A stretch of DNA of 64,000 nucleotides. It comes from Psammoneis japonica (lineage: Eukaryota). The DNA lies in contig QPGO01000023.1 of the NCBI GenBank assembly GCA_008632985.1, positions 341,266 to 405,265 of the forward strand. Reading direction: 5' to 3'. The notes beneath the pieces are model-generated. The model had not been told where the DNA came from. It searched no databases and saw nothing but the letters and a program-made list of their open reading frames with translations. Shown piece by piece: positions 60,520 through 64,000 of this stretch (the first letter of the stretch is position 1; the number at the start of each line of letters is the position of its first letter). The position numbers and the translations under genes are program-made.

Positions 60520-63500
60520 ACAGACTGGCATGGACAGCACAGAGAGATCCGATGATCTCTCCTTTGCTCACTTTCTTTCTCATCTAGCACACGATTGTCA
60601 TCTGTCCCAGACATCCATTGGATTGTCCCAACACTGCCAGTCTGCAAGGTTGTGAGCAGCAGTGCACTGTTCCTCTTCCTCTGTGCTCCTCTGTTGCAAC
60701 GCCCACTGCGCGACTTGGCAATTTTTCTTTGTTGAAATTGTTGTCATTGTCACAGCTGTTTTTTTTGCCTCTCAATTTGTGATCGGATGATGACCACCAT
60801 AGAACACATGCCAGAGCTCTGCATGGGAATTTTGATTTTTTCCCGTGCAACCACAGTGAACAAAGCTGCAAATGCCATCGATTTGACCAAGATCAAGTCG
60901 GTGCGGGTTGAATTCTTCAAACTGCACAACCTCCCACCCGATGCCCATTGTCACCTGAATGCTCTGTGCTCTGACAAGATGCCTGTCCCTGAAGATCTTC
61001 TGGATGGATTTGCTTTTCAAGGACTCAAGAGCAATGCTGTCGCTGTTCCCCCCGTCACAAGATTGTTCAGAACCTTGTCATCCCTCAAGCTGTGCTTGCC
61101 AAAGATCTCACATGGATTGGACCGATCATTGAAAAGGCTCCTCTCTTTGTGACCACTCCCCAAGGCTCTCTGGTTCATCTGAACCTCAGCACTCTTCAGA
61201 AGACCATGATCAAAGCAATTTCTGAGAACTGGGATGCCATGATGATGTGTGTTGAGACCCTGCGTCTCCACATTTCTCCTGGTTTTCGACACTGTGATTG
61301 TTGGGACGATGTCTCTGATGTTCCGTGCCCAGACTTGCAGCCCACTTCAAGCCCTGCACCTCCATTGGCTGCTGCTCCAGGTGCTGCCCCTGAAGACTTT
61401 GCCAAGGCCTTGGCCACTCATCTGCCTGGTCCAAAACAATTTGAGCAAGCTGCGGCCAACGCGTTGAACACGTCTGCTCCTCCTGTGCCATCTCCCACAC
61501 CATCTGCCTTGACCACCACTGCTGCAGCTTCTTCCTCAACCACTGCCAGTGCCACACACACCTTCAATCCGAAAGGACTTCCCAAGGATGTGCTGGCTTG
61601 CTGTCAATGCAAGGAAGCCGGGAAGGCAGTGTCAGGGAAGTCACCAGTGCCCCACAAGTCTGGCAACCTGCATCATGAAGATGGTGCTGAGCGCCCAATC
61701 CTCACTGATGGTTCTCCATTTGTCCATTGCATTGATTGGGATGCCAAGTCCTTCCTTCATGATCCTCTCACTTGTGACGACATCTCTCCTCAAGGAATCC
61801 GTGCATGGCACACTGCTGCAACCCAACAGGCCTCCGCTTGTGGCACCCACATGCACCCTCTGTGGTGTTTTGTCAAGGACAGTGGAAACTGGGGTTTCAC
61901 CTGTGGCAATGATCCAACAGATGATCTCCCACTCTGGATGACAGCACCACTTGACAGAATGAAGTTGACTGTCTTCCAGCACATTCAGAAGGTTGGAATT
62001 TTTCTGGCGGACTCTGAGCACCCTGACATCATTCATCAATGCTGTGGAGATGGACATGCTGCCATCAAGATGATCTTCTTTGACATCTCACCAATTTGGA
62101 TGAAGCATCCACATGAGTTGATCAAGAGCCATCTGCACCAAAACAATCTTGCAATTCTTGGATGCTGTGCTCTGTTCAGAGACCACCTCCAGCTGCGGGC
62201 AATTGTCTCCAACGTTGATGCTTCTCTTGATGACCCTGGAGAGCCAGACATTTTTCTTGGCAATGCTTGCTGTGGAGAATGCCTTCACCGTAAAACAGTG
62301 GACGCCTGGGAAGACAAGAACAAGCAACACAAGTTCGCCCAGAAGAAGATTGTTGAAACCATCAGTGTGATTCTCAAGGAACAGGATGGCCCTGCTCTTT
62401 GTGTCAAGGATCCTCCCAAATGCCCTCCACATTGTCTCCATGACTCGCCCAACCCTTCTCTTGCAGCTCCTGTTCGAGGTCTTGACTTGCTTCCTGCAGA
62501 TGAGGTGTCTGCTCCACCTCCAGTTGTTGAGGAGACTCCAATCATGGAACCTGACCCTCCTGCTGCAGAAGAACCCATGGATGCCATGGAGCATTTTGTG
62601 AATGAACTTGGTGCTGTGGACATTCCTGCTGGATGATGAAGCACATGCACCACATGGCATCTGCAAGGCGCGCATCTACAGGACCAAGTTTTCACCTGCC
62701 ATTGCACAGACTCATCCGTGTGTGTTCCATGAGTGCCCTGCATTGAATGATGCTGAGCACCTGCACACCCACCCCACTTGGTTCTCCCAGTTTCTTCAAC
62801 GTGATCGGCATGCTCGCAATGCACTCAAGTCTGACATGGCCAAGAAGGATTTTTCCTGGGGCCATTGTTGCGTTCGGGCAAACAATGCCACCCATCTTCA
62901 TCCCATCCAAAACCTCATGCAAGTGGGGCAACTGTGAAAGAGGGTCCATCCGACTTGTTGCCTTCCACTGAAGCACCTCTTTCCCGTGTGTCATTGGGTG
63001 GGGAATTGCACAAGAATCCCAAAGTTTGTGACCTCTTTGAACAAGAATTCCAGCATGACATCTGTCCTTCTGGCGCTGGTGCATCCAGCCAATGTGGGCC
63101 TGTTGAACACTCACACTCAACTGTTGAGAACGCGATTCGTGCGATTTTAATTGGCGCCAACCTCCCGATTCGATTCTGGCCCTGTGCCTTTTGCCATTGC
63201 CTCCGCATCAAGAGTGCCACTCCTGTGAAAGATCAAGATGCAGCACCCATCACTCTTGCCACCAGAAAGGTCAAAGATTTTAGCACCCTGAAGACTTTTG
63301 GATGTCCAGCATGGTCCAAATGTTCCACTGCTTGTTCTGCTCCTTTCCGGACCAACTCGAAGAAAGGTGTCTTCCTTGGCCACCTCCCGAACACCCTGAA
63401 GAATGTCATGTGGAGGGATCCTGAGACTGACAAAGTCAAGACGGCCAAACATGTGCGCTGCAATGAAGGTGTGAATGATCTATTTTTTGGATCAACTTCC

Positions 63501-64000
63501 TCCAAATGCCATCCATTTGCAATGTGTGGAGAGAATGGTCAGCCTTTTCCGGCTGAAACACAGGACACAACTGTGCCCATGTTTGCTTCTTCATCAAATC
63601 CTTTTGCTGCGACCATTGCATGCACCATGAAACATCCTCACAGGGATCCTGCCTGTGGTTTTGGATTTTCCCAGTGCACCCTCATGGGCCGTGTCTGTGT
63701 TTCGGAAATCAAGCAGTGCAGTCCTGCGGCTTCCTTGTTCTCCTCTCTCCATGCTGCTTGCAACAAGATCATGGGTGCATGTGTCATCTTCATCAATGAG
63801 CGTGAAGTTTTTGCTCCACAGGATGCTGAGGAAGCCTCATCTCAGGTCTTCCATGTGACAAAATTCTGACCTTCGAGATTGCCTTTGCACCGGAACGACA
63901 TCTGGACTCCCGCACTCTCAACAAAGCATTTGAGGAAGCAGAGCTGTTTGAACCTGATTCCATGGAGGATGACTCTCACGCACCTGAACTTGCCTTGGAG
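60520..64000 (+). mobile_element. Second, different Ty1/copia element (gag-like region + integrase core/C-terminus), hypermutated, runs off the window end
   Basis: Integrase GASSQCGPVEHSHSTVENAIRAILIGANLPIRFWPCAFCHCLRI...LKTFGCPAW...SKKGVFLGHLPN...KHVRCNEG; Tyr-free 514-aa gag-like ORF at 61092-62636; PBS-like GGTTGTGAGC at 60648. The 5' boundary is tentative. Confidence 0.8.

Overview
Eukaryotic DNA, most likely a pennate diatom (inferred from short GT-AG introns, bipartite plastid presequences with ASAF-type motifs, tandem HSF genes and CoDi-like Ty1/copia elements). About 19 ordinary genes (roughly 4.3-9.7, 14.4-15.2 and 17.5-48.6 kb) alternate with repeat-derived blocks (about 0.1-4.0, 9.8-14.2, 15.6-17.2 and 49.2-64.0 kb). 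The striking signal is that the repeat blocks have lost almost all TpA dinucleotides, which were converted to TpG or CpA, while neighbouring genes have not. In a full-length copia element (49493-56346; 245-bp LTRs; GCCCA target-site duplication) conserved Tyr codons have become Cys or His throughout (YVDD to CVDD; no Tyr in the 571-aa RT/RNaseH ORF). Its two LTRs differ by reciprocal TG/CA swaps. This points to a post-integration, double-stranded, repeat-targeted A:T to G:C hypermutation at TpA, a 'reverse RIP'-like genome-defence process, acting on top of slower CpG decay. All counts are manual, and no database searches were run.
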